A stretch of DNA of 59,566 nucleotides, the filler included. It is 5 parts of 5 records of this genome, joined end to end, with 100 filler letters (N's around TTAATTAATTAA, not from the genome) between each part and the next. Parts side by side here need not be neighbours in the genome. Positions count along the whole stretch, not along the records: positions 12,588 to 25,171 come from SRR2962707_2619; positions 25,272 to 36,606 come from SRR2962707_2621; 3 more parts are not named here. The stretch is one strand, 5' to 3'. This document shows positions 20,648 to 29,651 of the stretch, piece by piece. Every line of letters begins with the position of its first letter. The first letter of the stretch is position 1. Under the pieces are notes generated by a model. That model was given only the letters and a program-made list of their open reading frames with translations. It made no database searches and was not told the origin of the DNA. A program made the position numbers and the translations under genes.

Positions 20648-21493
20648 ATGGACATCGATCTGGCCCGCACCTTTCTGGAGATCGTTCGCACTGGCAGTTT
20701 CATGGCCGCCGCCGAACGGTTGCACATCACCCAGACCACGGTGACCGCCCGCATTCATAACCTGGAAGGTCAACTGGGCTGCCGCCTGTTCGTGCGCAAC
20801 CGGGCCGGTGCGCGGTTGACCTCCCATGGTGAGCGGTTCACCACCCATGCTAGCCAACTGGTGCGTACCTGGGAGGCGGCGCGGCGCGAGTTGCCGTTGC
20901 CGGAAGGGGCCGAGGACATGTTGGTACTCGGTGGCGAGACCAGCCTGTGGAATCCGCTGTTGCTGAACTGGGTCACGCGGTTACGGGAACAGCATCCGAC
21001 CGTCGCCACCCGCGCCGAAGTGCATGACAGTGAAGCATTGCAGGAACGTTTGGAGAGAGGGGTGCTGGACGCCGCGCTGGTGCACCGGCCGGCGTACTGG
21101 CCGGGATTGCAGGTGGAACAACTGCTGGAAGAAAAATTGATCCTGGTGCGGGCGGTCCGCACCGGGGAGCCCTATGTCTATGTGGACTGGGGCGCGGATT
21201 TTCGCAAGCAACACGACGTCGCTTTGCCGGAGCGGGCGCGCTCGCCGGTGTCCGCCAATTTCGGACCGCTGGCGATTCAGTTTCTGTTGCAGCAGGGCGG
21301 CAGCGGTTATTTCCGTACCCGCGTGGCCGAGCCGCATCTGCGCGAAGGCACCTTGGAACGGGTTGCCGATGCACCGGAATTCACCTATCCGGTGTACCTG
21401 GCCTACGCCCGGGGGAAACACAGCCCGCTGCTGGACCAAGCCTTTCGGGTGTTGCGGACGGTGGCGGGGGAAAGCGCCGAGTGGTCAGCGTAA
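20648..21493 (+). CDS. LysR-family transcriptional regulator divergent from cysJ
   Basis: N-terminal HTH FLEIVRTGSFMAAAERLHITQTTVTARIHNLE. Confidence 0.95.
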   Translation: MDIDLARTFLEIVRTGSFMAAAERLHITQTTVTARIHNLEGQLGCRLFVRNRAGARLTSHGERFTTHASQLVRTWEAARRELPLPEGAEDMLVLGGETSLWNPLLLNWVTRLREQHPTVATRAEVHDSEALQERLERGVLDAALVHRPAYWPGLQVEQLLEEKLILVRAVRTGEPYVYVDWGADFRKQHDVALPERARSPVSANFGPLAIQFLLQQGGSGYFRTRVAEPHLREGTLERVADAPEFTYPVYLAYARGKHSPLLDQAFRVLRTVAGESAEWSA

Positions 21494-22117
21494 CCGCAAC
21501 GGATCCACCAGCCCCGCCGCCACCGCCATGCCGACCAGATCGGGCAGGCGTTCGGCGCCCATGCGCTTCATTACCCGTGAGCGATACAGATCCACGGTTT
21601 TGACGCTGACATTTAACTGCGCGGCGATCTCCCGATTGGTATAGCCCTTGACCAGTGGCAGCAGCACATCCCGTTCCCGCGGGGTGAGCGTGTCCAGCTT
21701 ATCATCCACCTGCTGACGGCCGGTTTCTTGCTGATATTCTTTTCGCTCACTGTTGAGTGCCTGTTGCACGCTGTCGAGCAGTAACTGCTCGTTATAAGGC
21801 TTTTCGATGAAATCCACCGCACCGGCCTTGAACGCCCGCACCACGATGGGAACGTCGGCGTGGCCGCTGACGAAGATGATCGGATAATCCAGGCCGCGTT
21901 CCTTCATCGCTTGCTGGACGTGCAGGCCACCCAGAGTCGGCATGCGCACATCCAGTAGCACACAGGCGTTTTCCCCTGTCGCGCAAGCGTCGAGAAAGTC
22001 ACCGCCGTTGGTGAACGGGCGGGCATCAAGGCCAACCGATTCCAGCAGCCAGGCGGTGGATTCCAGCATGCCGGGGTCGTCGTCCACCACATAGACGATT
22101 TGTGCGCCGGTGGTCAT
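21485..22117 (-). CDS. FixJ/LuxR-type response regulator (BfiR-like)
   Basis: VVDDD, LLDVRMP, FIEKP, LTPRERDVL HTH. Confidence 0.93.
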   Translation of the reverse strand: MTTGAQIVYVVDDDPGMLESTAWLLESVGLDARPFTNGGDFLDACATGENACVLLDVRMPTLGGLHVQQAMKERGLDYPIIFVSGHADVPIVVRAFKAGAVDFIEKPYNEQLLLDSVQQALNSERKEYQQETGRQQVDDKLDTLTPRERDVLLPLVKGYTNREIAAQLNVSVKTVDLYRSRVMKRMGAERLPDLVGMAVAAGLVDPLRLR

Positions 22118-24444
22118 GGGGTCTCCTCGTTATGGGCCAGCGGCAGCCGGCAGTACATTTCCAGTCCTTGCTCGCACGAGCGGGCATTCAGCTCACCGCC
22201 GAGCCCCTCGATGACCGAGCGGCTCATCGACAATCCCAGGCCAAGGCCGTCGGGTTTACTGGTATAGAACGGTGTGAACATATGCTTGAGCGTCTCCGGG
22301 TCGGCACCGGGGCCTTGATCGAGGACTCGGATCACCAGGAAATTGTCCGGCGCGCGCTGGGTGGCGACGGTGATTTCGGAGGGGTGCTCCCGCCAGCGTT
22401 CGCGGTTGGCGTCGAGCGCGTTACGCAGCAAATTCACCAGCACCTGTTCCAGCAGGATACGGTCGGCGTACAGTGGTGGCAGGTCCTTGGCAAACTGCCT
22501 GGCGATGGTAATACGATGACTCTCCGCTTCCCAGGCGCAAAGGTGAATGGCCTGACTCGCCACCGTGTTGATATCGAGCGCCTCCAGGCGGCGCTGGCCT
22601 TTGCGCAGAAAGGCGCGCAGCCGCCGGATCACCTCCGAGGCATGGTGGGCGTGTTCGCTGATCCGGCCCAGCCCCTGGGCGACCTTGTCAATTTTGGGCG
22701 CCAGATCGGAAGCCGTATCCAGTTTCGCCGGATCACCGTGGTGGGGCGGTTCAAGTGCGCGCAGATGGCGCAGGCTGGCGGCGGCGTAATTGCTGATTGC
22801 CGCCAGCGGCTGGTTGATTTCATGGGCGATGCCGGAGGCCAGTTCGCCCATGGCGATCAGCCGGCTGCTTTGCGCCAGTTCATTCTGGTGGCGGCGCTGT
22901 TGCGCTTCGCGCAAAGCCCTTTCGGTCATGTCCCGGGCGACCAGGGAATAGTACTGGTCGTTGCCGGCGCCGCGGTGGGCCAGCAGTACCAGGGACACCG
23001 GAAAGAATTCGCCGGAGTCGCCGGCGCGCAGTTGCGCCTCGCTGGTCCACACCCCTTGTTCCCGAGCGCTGTTCCAGCCATGTTCGCGTAGCCGCCGGAT
23101 ATCCTCGGCGGCGAACAATTCGGCCAGATCCGGCAACGGATCCGGGCCGATGGCGAGAGCCTCGCGGGCGGCGCGGTTGGCGTAGGTGAGGCGCTCGTCG
23201 AGCCCGACGAACAGCACCAGGTCGGTATTCGCTTCCACGACTTCGGCCAGACGGCGGCGATTCTCTTCCGCCCGGACCCGGGCGGTGATGTCGCGTGTGA
23301 CACTGACCACTTCCACCACCGCGCCGGTATAGGTTTCACGGATGGCGTGGCTGGCGGTCTCGAACCACAGATAGTGGCCGCGCCGATGACGGATCTGATA
23401 GGTCATGGTGTGATAACCCAGTTCCTCCAGCGCCGCCTTGGCCTGTTGTTGTAACCGTTCGCGGTCCTGCTCATGAAACAGCGCCTGCACCGCCGTGCCG
23501 CGCAATTGTTCCGGCCAATAGCCCAACAAACCCCAGGAGGCTGGTGAGGCGTCAAGGAACACGCCGTCGGGCGTGTGCCGCGAGATCAAATCGGTGGTGT
23601 TCTCGGTGATCAGACGGTACAAGCGCCGGGCACGGTTGCCGGCCTTTTCGTTTCGCAACTGATCGGTAGCGTCACGGCCACGGGCCAGGATCCGCTGGCC
23701 GGGCGGGTCGGGGATAAAGTTCCACAACAGGATGCGATCGCCGAGCCGCGCCTCCACGTCGACGATGGCGCGGCCCTGGGACAGACAAGCGGCGGCCAGG
23801 GCCTGGTGGTTGATTGGCAAGCAGCTGTCGGCGTCGATGCGGTGCTCGCCGAGCAATTGTTGCAGTGCGTGGTTGGTATCGACGGGACGGCCCCGGGTAT
23901 CGAGCACCGCCGCCGGTTGAGGGTCGTTGCTGAGCAGTGCAAAAGCCCCTTCCCGGTGAGTCAATGGACAGGCCAGTTGATTGAGCATGGCGGCCAGCCA
24001 GGGCAGCCACTGGCTGCCGCACTGCGGTGACAACTCCAGCAACAACAGGCCTTGGCTGTGGTCGTCCAGCGCCAGTGGCAGGATCGCGCCATGGTGCAGG
24101 GCGGCGCGACGGACCCGGCCGGCGAGCCAGCAGGGCAGAGCGCGTAATTCACTCAGCGATAGCACCGTCTCACCTGCCAGACGCTGGTGCAAGGTGTGAT
24201 CCGAAGCCTGAAACGGGTCGCCGGGGCCCGGCGGCAGGCCGGCCTGGCCGTCGGCGTGATCGTAGACGCCGGCGTCCTCCTGCCAGAACAGGTAGAAGGC
24301 GCGCCGCACTTCCGGGGTGCTGGCCATCATCCGGCATAAACCGGCGGCCCGTTGAGAACGGGGCATACGGTCCTGCTGCAATCGCAGCCAATCGCGCATC
24401 AACAGGGGAAAGGCGTCGTCCTGGTCCATTATGGGCTCATTCAA
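22114..24444 (-). CDS. Cytoplasmic multi-PAS histidine kinase (BfiS-like)
   Basis: PAS repeats, H-box GIAHEINQPL, N-box NLLRNALDA, G-boxes DQGPG and GLGLGL; no obvious TM helix. Confidence 0.92.
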   Translation of the reverse strand: MNEPIMDQDDAFPLLMRDWLRLQQDRMPRSQRAAGLCRMMASTPEVRRAFYLFWQEDAGVYDHADGQAGLPPGPGDPFQASDHTLHQRLAGETVLSLSELRALPCWLAGRVRRAALHHGAILPLALDDHSQGLLLLELSPQCGSQWLPWLAAMLNQLACPLTHREGAFALLSNDPQPAAVLDTRGRPVDTNHALQQLLGEHRIDADSCLPINHQALAAACLSQGRAIVDVEARLGDRILLWNFIPDPPGQRILARGRDATDQLRNEKAGNRARRLYRLITENTTDLISRHTPDGVFLDASPASWGLLGYWPEQLRGTAVQALFHEQDRERLQQQAKAALEELGYHTMTYQIRHRRGHYLWFETASHAIRETYTGAVVEVVSVTRDITARVRAEENRRRLAEVVEANTDLVLFVGLDERLTYANRAAREALAIGPDPLPDLAELFAAEDIRRLREHGWNSAREQGVWTSEAQLRAGDSGEFFPVSLVLLAHRGAGNDQYYSLVARDMTERALREAQQRRHQNELAQSSRLIAMGELASGIAHEINQPLAAISNYAAASLRHLRALEPPHHGDPAKLDTASDLAPKIDKVAQGLGRISEHAHHASEVIRRLRAFLRKGQRRLEALDINTVASQAIHLCAWEAESHRITIARQFAKDLPPLYADRILLEQVLVNLLRNALDANRERWREHPSEITVATQRAPDNFLVIRVLDQGPGADPETLKHMFTPFYTSKPDGLGLGLSMSRSVIEGLGGELNARSCEQGLEMYCRLPLAHNEETP

Positions 24445-24583
24445 GAGATATGGTAAATATACTATAAGACTCTAGTTTTATTTCCATATTTGTTCTTTAT
24501 GGTCTATAAATGCGCCCTGGGTTGCGGGCTAATGCTGGTAACTCTACCCGAAGAATACCGCGAACAACTACGGGACGGTCATT

Positions 24584-25171
24584 ATGTCCATTTATGAGCA
24601 GGGCCTTTCGCCCACCGAAGTCAATCATGTTCCCCTGACCCCGCTGAGCTTTATTGAGCGTACCGCGGCGGTTTACCCCGACTATCCGTCAGTGATTCAC
24701 GGTGATATCCGGCGCACCTGGCGGGAAACCTACCGGCGCTGCCGGCGGCTTGCTTCAGCCCTGGCGGGTCGTGGTATCGGCAAGGGCGATACCGTGGCCG
24801 CGATGTTGCCGAACATCCCGGCAATGCTGGAAGCCCATTTCGGCGTGCCGATGATCGGCGCCGTTCTCAATACGCTCAATGTCCGTCTGGACGCCGACGC
24901 CATCGCCTACATGCTGCGTCATGGTGAGGCCAAGGTTCTGATCGTGGATCGCGAATTCCACCAGGTGATCGGTGACGCCGTGGCCAAACTGGAGACGCCG
25001 CCACTGCTGATTGATGTGGATGATCCCGAATACGGTGAAGGTGAACCGGTCAGCGAGCTGGATTACGAGGCTTTCCTTGCCGAGGGTGATCCGGAGTTCC
25101 AGTGGCAATGGCCGGACAACGAGTGGAATGCGATTTCTCTCAACTACACCTCCGGCACCACCGGCGATCCC
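24584..25171 (+). CDS. Acyl-CoA synthetase, DmdB/PA4198-like (5' part, truncated)
   Basis: NHVPLTPLSFIERTAAVYP N-terminus, LNYTSGTTG AMP-binding motif. Confidence 0.85.
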
Positions 25172-25271
25172 NNNNNNNNNNNNNNNNNNNNNNNNNNNNN
25201 NNNNNNNNNNNNNNNTTAATTAATTAANNNNNNNNNNNNNNNNNNNNNNNNNNNNNNNNNNNNNNNNNNNN
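25172..25271. other. Artificial contig linker
   Basis: N44-TTAATTAATTAA-N44. Confidence 0.99.
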
Positions 25272-25345
25272 GGCGCGGTGGCGGAGTGGCTACGCAGCGG
25301 CCTGCAAAGCCGTGAACACCGGTTCGATTCCGGTCCGCGCCTCCA
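25272..25345 (+). tRNA. tRNA-Cys(GCA)
   Basis: GGCGCGG/CCGCGCC acceptor stem, GCGGC-CTGCAAA-GCCGT anticodon arm, GGTTCGATTCC T-arm, U discriminator and CCA. Confidence 0.96.
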
Positions 25346-25352
25346 GCTCTGA

Positions 25353-25428
25353 TCCGGCTTAGCTCAGTTGGTAGAGCACCTGACTGTTAATCAGGTTGTC
25401 GCAGGTTCGAGCCCTGCAGCCGGAGCCA
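25353..25428 (+). tRNA. tRNA-Asn(GTT)
   Basis: TCCGGCT/AGCCGGA stem, CCTGA-CTGTTAA-TCAGG anticodon arm, GGTTCGAGCC, GCCA end. Confidence 0.96.
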
Positions 25429-25436
25429 ATTTGAAC

Positions 25437-25475
25437 AAGGGGTTAGCTGTAAAGCAGCTAACCCCTTTTTCTTTT
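25437..25475 (+). terminator. Intrinsic terminator of the tRNA operon
   Basis: AAGGGGTTAGCTG-loop-CAGCTAACCCCTT followed by a T-run. Confidence 0.85.
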
Positions 25476-25601
25476 GGCGACAAAGCATCTCCCTTGATGT
25501 CATTCGTAGGCGAGCAAACGCAGCTTTAAAATCATCAATAAAGGCGCAATATTATATAAATATTGGGCTATACTTTAGCATGCAAAGGCTCGGAGAGTAT
25601 T

Positions 25602-26090
25602 TTGGCCGGCAGCAACCAAACAAAACATGTATACGAGTTTTATGAAGTTGATCAGGATCATCCTCCTGACCAGCCAAACGCATGTATACTTTATGAATAC
25701 TGGCTCCAGAAACGAGGAGATCGCGCATTTCCTTCGTGGCAGGATATTGACCTTCTGGATATCTGGATGATCGCCTCATGTCTAATTGTCAAAGACGTTA
25801 TCAATGACGGTGCTGATTTTCGAAATCGTTATTGGGGAACGATGATCGCGAATAAAACAGGCATTGAAGGGACAGGTAAAAGCAACCTGGAACTCTATAT
25901 GGACACGCCGGGGGCTTCGACACAGGAAGCCTATCAAAAGGTCGTCCAAACAGGATTGCCTAATAGAATTTTTCGTTCTGTGTCCTTTATTTCCAAACGA
26001 GATTTCGTGTTATATCACTCCCTTAAACTGCCACTCGGCAGCACTGACGATAAAGTAGAGAAAGTGATTGTTGCTGTTGATTACGTTTAG
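25602..26090 (+). CDS. Stand-alone PAS-like protein (PAS_5/DUF1457 type)
   Basis: LYEYWLQKRGDRAFPSWQDID, FRNRYWGT and LKLPL pattern; GGAG RBS before TTG 25602. Confidence 0.7.
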   Translation: MAGSNQTKHVYEFYEVDQDHPPDQPNACILYEYWLQKRGDRAFPSWQDIDLLDIWMIASCLIVKDVINDGADFRNRYWGTMIANKTGIEGTGKSNLELYMDTPGASTQEAYQKVVQTGLPNRIFRSVSFISKRDFVLYHSLKLPLGSTDDKVEKVIVAVDYV

Positions 26091-26138
26091 TGTCGCCCCC
26101 TTATTCATGCTGGAAATCATAAGAGATATCGTTCGAGC

Positions 26139-26828
26139 ATGATGCGTAAACGCGTTCTTCAAACCTGCACGACCCTAGCCATCACAATGGCCGTGATTTC
26201 ACCATGGACGGCGTCGAGCGCAAGCTGTGCGTTTCCAGATCGGCGAAACGTCAATGTCACGATTAACAGGAATGACGGCAAAGTCGTTCTGAACAATGAA
26301 CGAAGCCGGGATAATCTTCGTCGGATGCAGCGACAGAGCGGACGCTCGAACGCTTTTGGTTCGGCGTGGACACCCGTCGGGCTGACGTTGACTGAGCTGA
26401 AATACCAGATGCGGCTAAGTATCGAAGCGGTGCCCATTTCCAACAGTTCATACTGTGCACGCCTTACCGACGTCGACGCCGACCTCGGGTATGACGAATT
26501 ACGGGTCTATATCGCTCGAAAGTTTCGTCCCGGCAGTTGTGCACATCGATCTATCAATGACCACGAAATGACCCATGTTGCCGTCTTCCGCGAAGCACTC
26601 AACCGCTTTTACCCCCGCCTACAGCACAGGTTGCAACGTGCCGCCACGGAAATGGGGCCGGTCCGCGCATCGAGCCCGGAAAGCGCTGCGAACTACCTGC
26701 GGAAACGCCTCAGTGCTGTCATAAAGCCCCTGTTTCTGGAAATGAACCGGGAACTGGACAGAAATAATGCGCAATTGGATACCCCTGAGCGCTACCGCCA
26801 GGAACAGGCGTTATGCAACGACTGGTAA
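26139..26828 (+). CDS. Secreted protein with HExxH motif (DUF922-like putative Zn peptidase)
   Basis: Signal peptide, DHEMTH, several Cys. Confidence 0.6.
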   Translation: MMRKRVLQTCTTLAITMAVISPWTASSASCAFPDRRNVNVTINRNDGKVVLNNERSRDNLRRMQRQSGRSNAFGSAWTPVGLTLTELKYQMRLSIEAVPISNSSYCARLTDVDADLGYDELRVYIARKFRPGSCAHRSINDHEMTHVAVFREALNRFYPRLQHRLQRAATEMGPVRASSPESAANYLRKRLSAVIKPLFLEMNRELDRNNAQLDTPERYRQEQALCNDW

Positions 26829-26848
26829 GTTCAATATAAAGATTTTAT

Positions 26849-26879
26849 TGCAATGCAGCATTTATTTTGCAATGCAGCA
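26849..26879 (+). promoter_or_regulatory. Tandem PhaR-like operator boxes
   Basis: TGCAATGCAGCA at 26849-26860 and 26868-26879. Confidence 0.6.
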
Positions 26880-26942
26880 TGATATATAGGACAATCCTCG
26901 TAAGAATTATCCTGCCTGCAAAGGCAGCACATGGATTGAACT

Positions 26943-29639
26943 ATGACAACCCGCAACCTTGAAAAACTTTTTCGCCCCACGTCGATTGCCGTGATTGGGG
27001 CATCGAACCGTCCCGGCTCTGTCGGTTCCGTGCTCATGCAAAATCTGTTGGAAGGCGGTTTCGAAGGACCGATCCTGCCCGTAAACCCCAAGCACAGCGC
27101 CGTTGCAGGCGTCCTTGCCTATTCTGAAATTGAACTACTGCCGATGGCACCGGACCTTGCCATTATATGCACCCCTGCCGAACCTATCCCGGCGTTAATC
27201 GAACAACTGGTTCGCATAGGAACCCGTGCCGCCATTGTACTGACGGCTGGATTGGAAAAAGCCAAAACACCGGACGGTCGCACCGTCAAACAGGCGATGC
27301 TGGAAGCGACAAACAAGCATCTTTTTCGGATTCTCGGGCCGAACTGCCTTGGATTGCTGGTCCCCGGTATAAAGCTGAATGCCAGCTTCGCCCACTTGGC
27401 TGCATCTGACGGCAAAATTGCCATGGTCTCCCAGTCAGGGGCCCTTTGTACGGTTATCCTGGATTGGGCTGCAGAAAACGGCGCCGGGTTCTCGCATTTC
27501 ATATCGATGGGGGAATGCACCGACGTCGATTTTGGCGATGTGATTGATTACCTCGCCAACGATGCTTCAACCCGGGCCATCCTTCTGTATATCGAAGCTA
27601 TTACCAACGGCCGGAAATTCATGTCCGCATGCAGGTCCGCTGCCCGAAACAAGCCTGTGATCGTCATCAAATCCGGCCGCGATGGTGCCGGGGCAAAGGC
27701 AGCCGCCTCGCACACCGGCGCACTTGCCGGTGCAGATCAGGTCTATGATGCTGCCTTCCGCCGCGCAGGCATGCTTCGTGTCGATGACATCGGCGAATTG
27801 TTTTCTGCTGTTGAAACGCTGACCCGTGCCAAACGCCAGACCGGCGAGCGGCTCATGATGATGACGAACGGCGGCGGGCTGGGTGTCATGGCTGCCGATA
27901 TGCTGGGCCAGCACAATATCGAGATCCCTGAACTGTCGGCGGACACGATCGCCAAACTGGACGCCGCTTTGCCCGATACCTGGTCAAGAGGAAATCCGGT
28001 CGACATCATTGGTGACGCGCCCGGAGAACGCTATACAGCCGCCGCCCAGGCCCTCCTTGACGATCCGTCTGCAGACGCCCTGCTTGTCATGCACGCACCG
28101 ACTGCGATCGCTTCAAGTGTAGACGCCGCGGATGCGATCATTTCCGTAGCCAGAAACAGCAAAAAGAATGTCCTCGCCAGTTGGGCCGGCGGCAAGGCTG
28201 TCGGACCTGCCCGCAAGAGACTGCGGGAAGCCGGCATCCCCTCATATGACACACCGAATGATGCCATACGCGGCTTCCTCGATGTCGTCGAATACCGGCG
28301 CAATCAGCAATTGCTGATGGAAACCCCGCTTTCAGTGACGAATGCGGTTTCCTATGAGCATGATGAAGCGCGGGCCGTGATCGATGCACGACTGCAGAAC
28401 GGACGAGATTTGTTAAGTGAGCCGGAATCAAAAGCCGTCCTGTCGGCGTACGGAATCGCAACTGTTGAAACCCACGTGGTAGACACCCCCGAAGCTGCCG
28501 CGGATAAAGCCGGTGAAATGGGGTTTCCTGTTGCTCTAAAAATTCTGTCAGACGACATCAGCCACAAATCCGATGCCGGTGGCGTAAAGCTTTTTCTCAA
28601 TACCCCGGGCGAGGTCAGGTCCGCGGCAGAAGAAATGCTCAACAGGATCGGAAAAGCACGGCCCGATGCGACTTTGCAAGGCTTCACCGTCCAGCAGATG
28701 GCTGCCCGTCCCGGTGCCCATGAAGTTATCATAGGGGTGTCTCCGGACCCGGTATTCGGACCGGTCATCATGTTCGGACATGGCGGCACAGCCGTTGAAG
28801 TGATTGGTGATCGTAGCATCGCCCTGCCCCCCCTCAACATGGTGCTGGCCAGAGACCTGATATCACGAACCCGGATATCGAAACTTCTTGCCGGGTATCG
28901 TGACAAACCGGCCGTGGATATGGATGCCCTGTGTGAAACACTGATCCACATCTCGCAGTTGATTATCGATATCCCTGAAATCCAGGAACTTGATATCAAC
29001 CCGCTGCTTGTTGATGAGCATGGTGTTTTGGCTCTCGACGCCAGGATCAAGGTCGCCCGTGACGCCAAGGGGCCCGGGCTGGCCATAAGGCCCTATCCGA
29101 AAAACCTCGAGTCCGATGCCATCCTGGGGGACGGCCAGAAGATACTCATTCGCCCGATCCGCCCCGAGGATGAACCGGCACATGTCGAATTCCTTTCTAA
29201 AATAAACCCGCAGGATATCCGCTTCCGGTTCTTCGGTCAGATTCGCGATCTCCCGCACAGTGAAATGGCACGTCTGACCCAGATCGATTATGACCGTGAA
29301 ATGGCTTTGATTGCGAAATTGCCCGATGGCGACAACGAGGGTGAAACCGTCGGTGTTGTCCGTACAATCACGGACCCCAATAACGAGCGGACAGAATTTG
29401 CCATTATCGTTCGTTCGGACATAAAGGGCCGTGGCCTGGGCCGGATACTGCTGCAGATGATGATCGAATATTGCAGCAGACGCGGCACCAAGGAGATGGT
29501 TGGGCAGGTCCTGCGAGATAACGATGTCATGCTGGCACTGACCAGCCAGATCGGCTTTACACGCTCACTGGTTCCCGGCGAAGACGCTTATGAACTCAAA
29601 CTTGATCTGACCAAGGTAAAAGCCAAGCTGCTCGCCTGA
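26943..29639 (+). CDS. pat: Protein lysine acetyltransferase Pat/Pka (acyl-CoA synthetase-like plus GNAT)
   Basis: CoA-binding IAVIGAS, GPNCLG, SQSGA, ASHTGALAG, ATP-grasp HKSDAGGV, C-terminal GNAT (KGRGLGR). Confidence 0.88.
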   Translation: MTTRNLEKLFRPTSIAVIGASNRPGSVGSVLMQNLLEGGFEGPILPVNPKHSAVAGVLAYSEIELLPMAPDLAIICTPAEPIPALIEQLVRIGTRAAIVLTAGLEKAKTPDGRTVKQAMLEATNKHLFRILGPNCLGLLVPGIKLNASFAHLAASDGKIAMVSQSGALCTVILDWAAENGAGFSHFISMGECTDVDFGDVIDYLANDASTRAILLYIEAITNGRKFMSACRSAARNKPVIVIKSGRDGAGAKAAASHTGALAGADQVYDAAFRRAGMLRVDDIGELFSAVETLTRAKRQTGERLMMMTNGGGLGVMAADMLGQHNIEIPELSADTIAKLDAALPDTWSRGNPVDIIGDAPGERYTAAAQALLDDPSADALLVMHAPTAIASSVDAADAIISVARNSKKNVLASWAGGKAVGPARKRLREAGIPSYDTPNDAIRGFLDVVEYRRNQQLLMETPLSVTNAVSYEHDEARAVIDARLQNGRDLLSEPESKAVLSAYGIATVETHVVDTPEAAADKAGEMGFPVALKILSDDISHKSDAGGVKLFLNTPGEVRSAAEEMLNRIGKARPDATLQGFTVQQMAARPGAHEVIIGVSPDPVFGPVIMFGHGGTAVEVIGDRSIALPPLNMVLARDLISRTRISKLLAGYRDKPAVDMDALCETLIHISQLIIDIPEIQELDINPLLVDEHGVLALDARIKVARDAKGPGLAIRPYPKNLESDAILGDGQKILIRPIRPEDEPAHVEFLSKINPQDIRFRFFGQIRDLPHSEMARLTQIDYDREMALIAKLPDGDNEGETVGVVRTITDPNNERTEFAIIVRSDIKGRGLGRILLQMMIEYCSRRGTKEMVGQVLRDNDVMLALTSQIGFTRSLVPGEDAYELKLDLTKVKAKLLA

Positions 29640-29651
29640 CCGGCAATCGAA

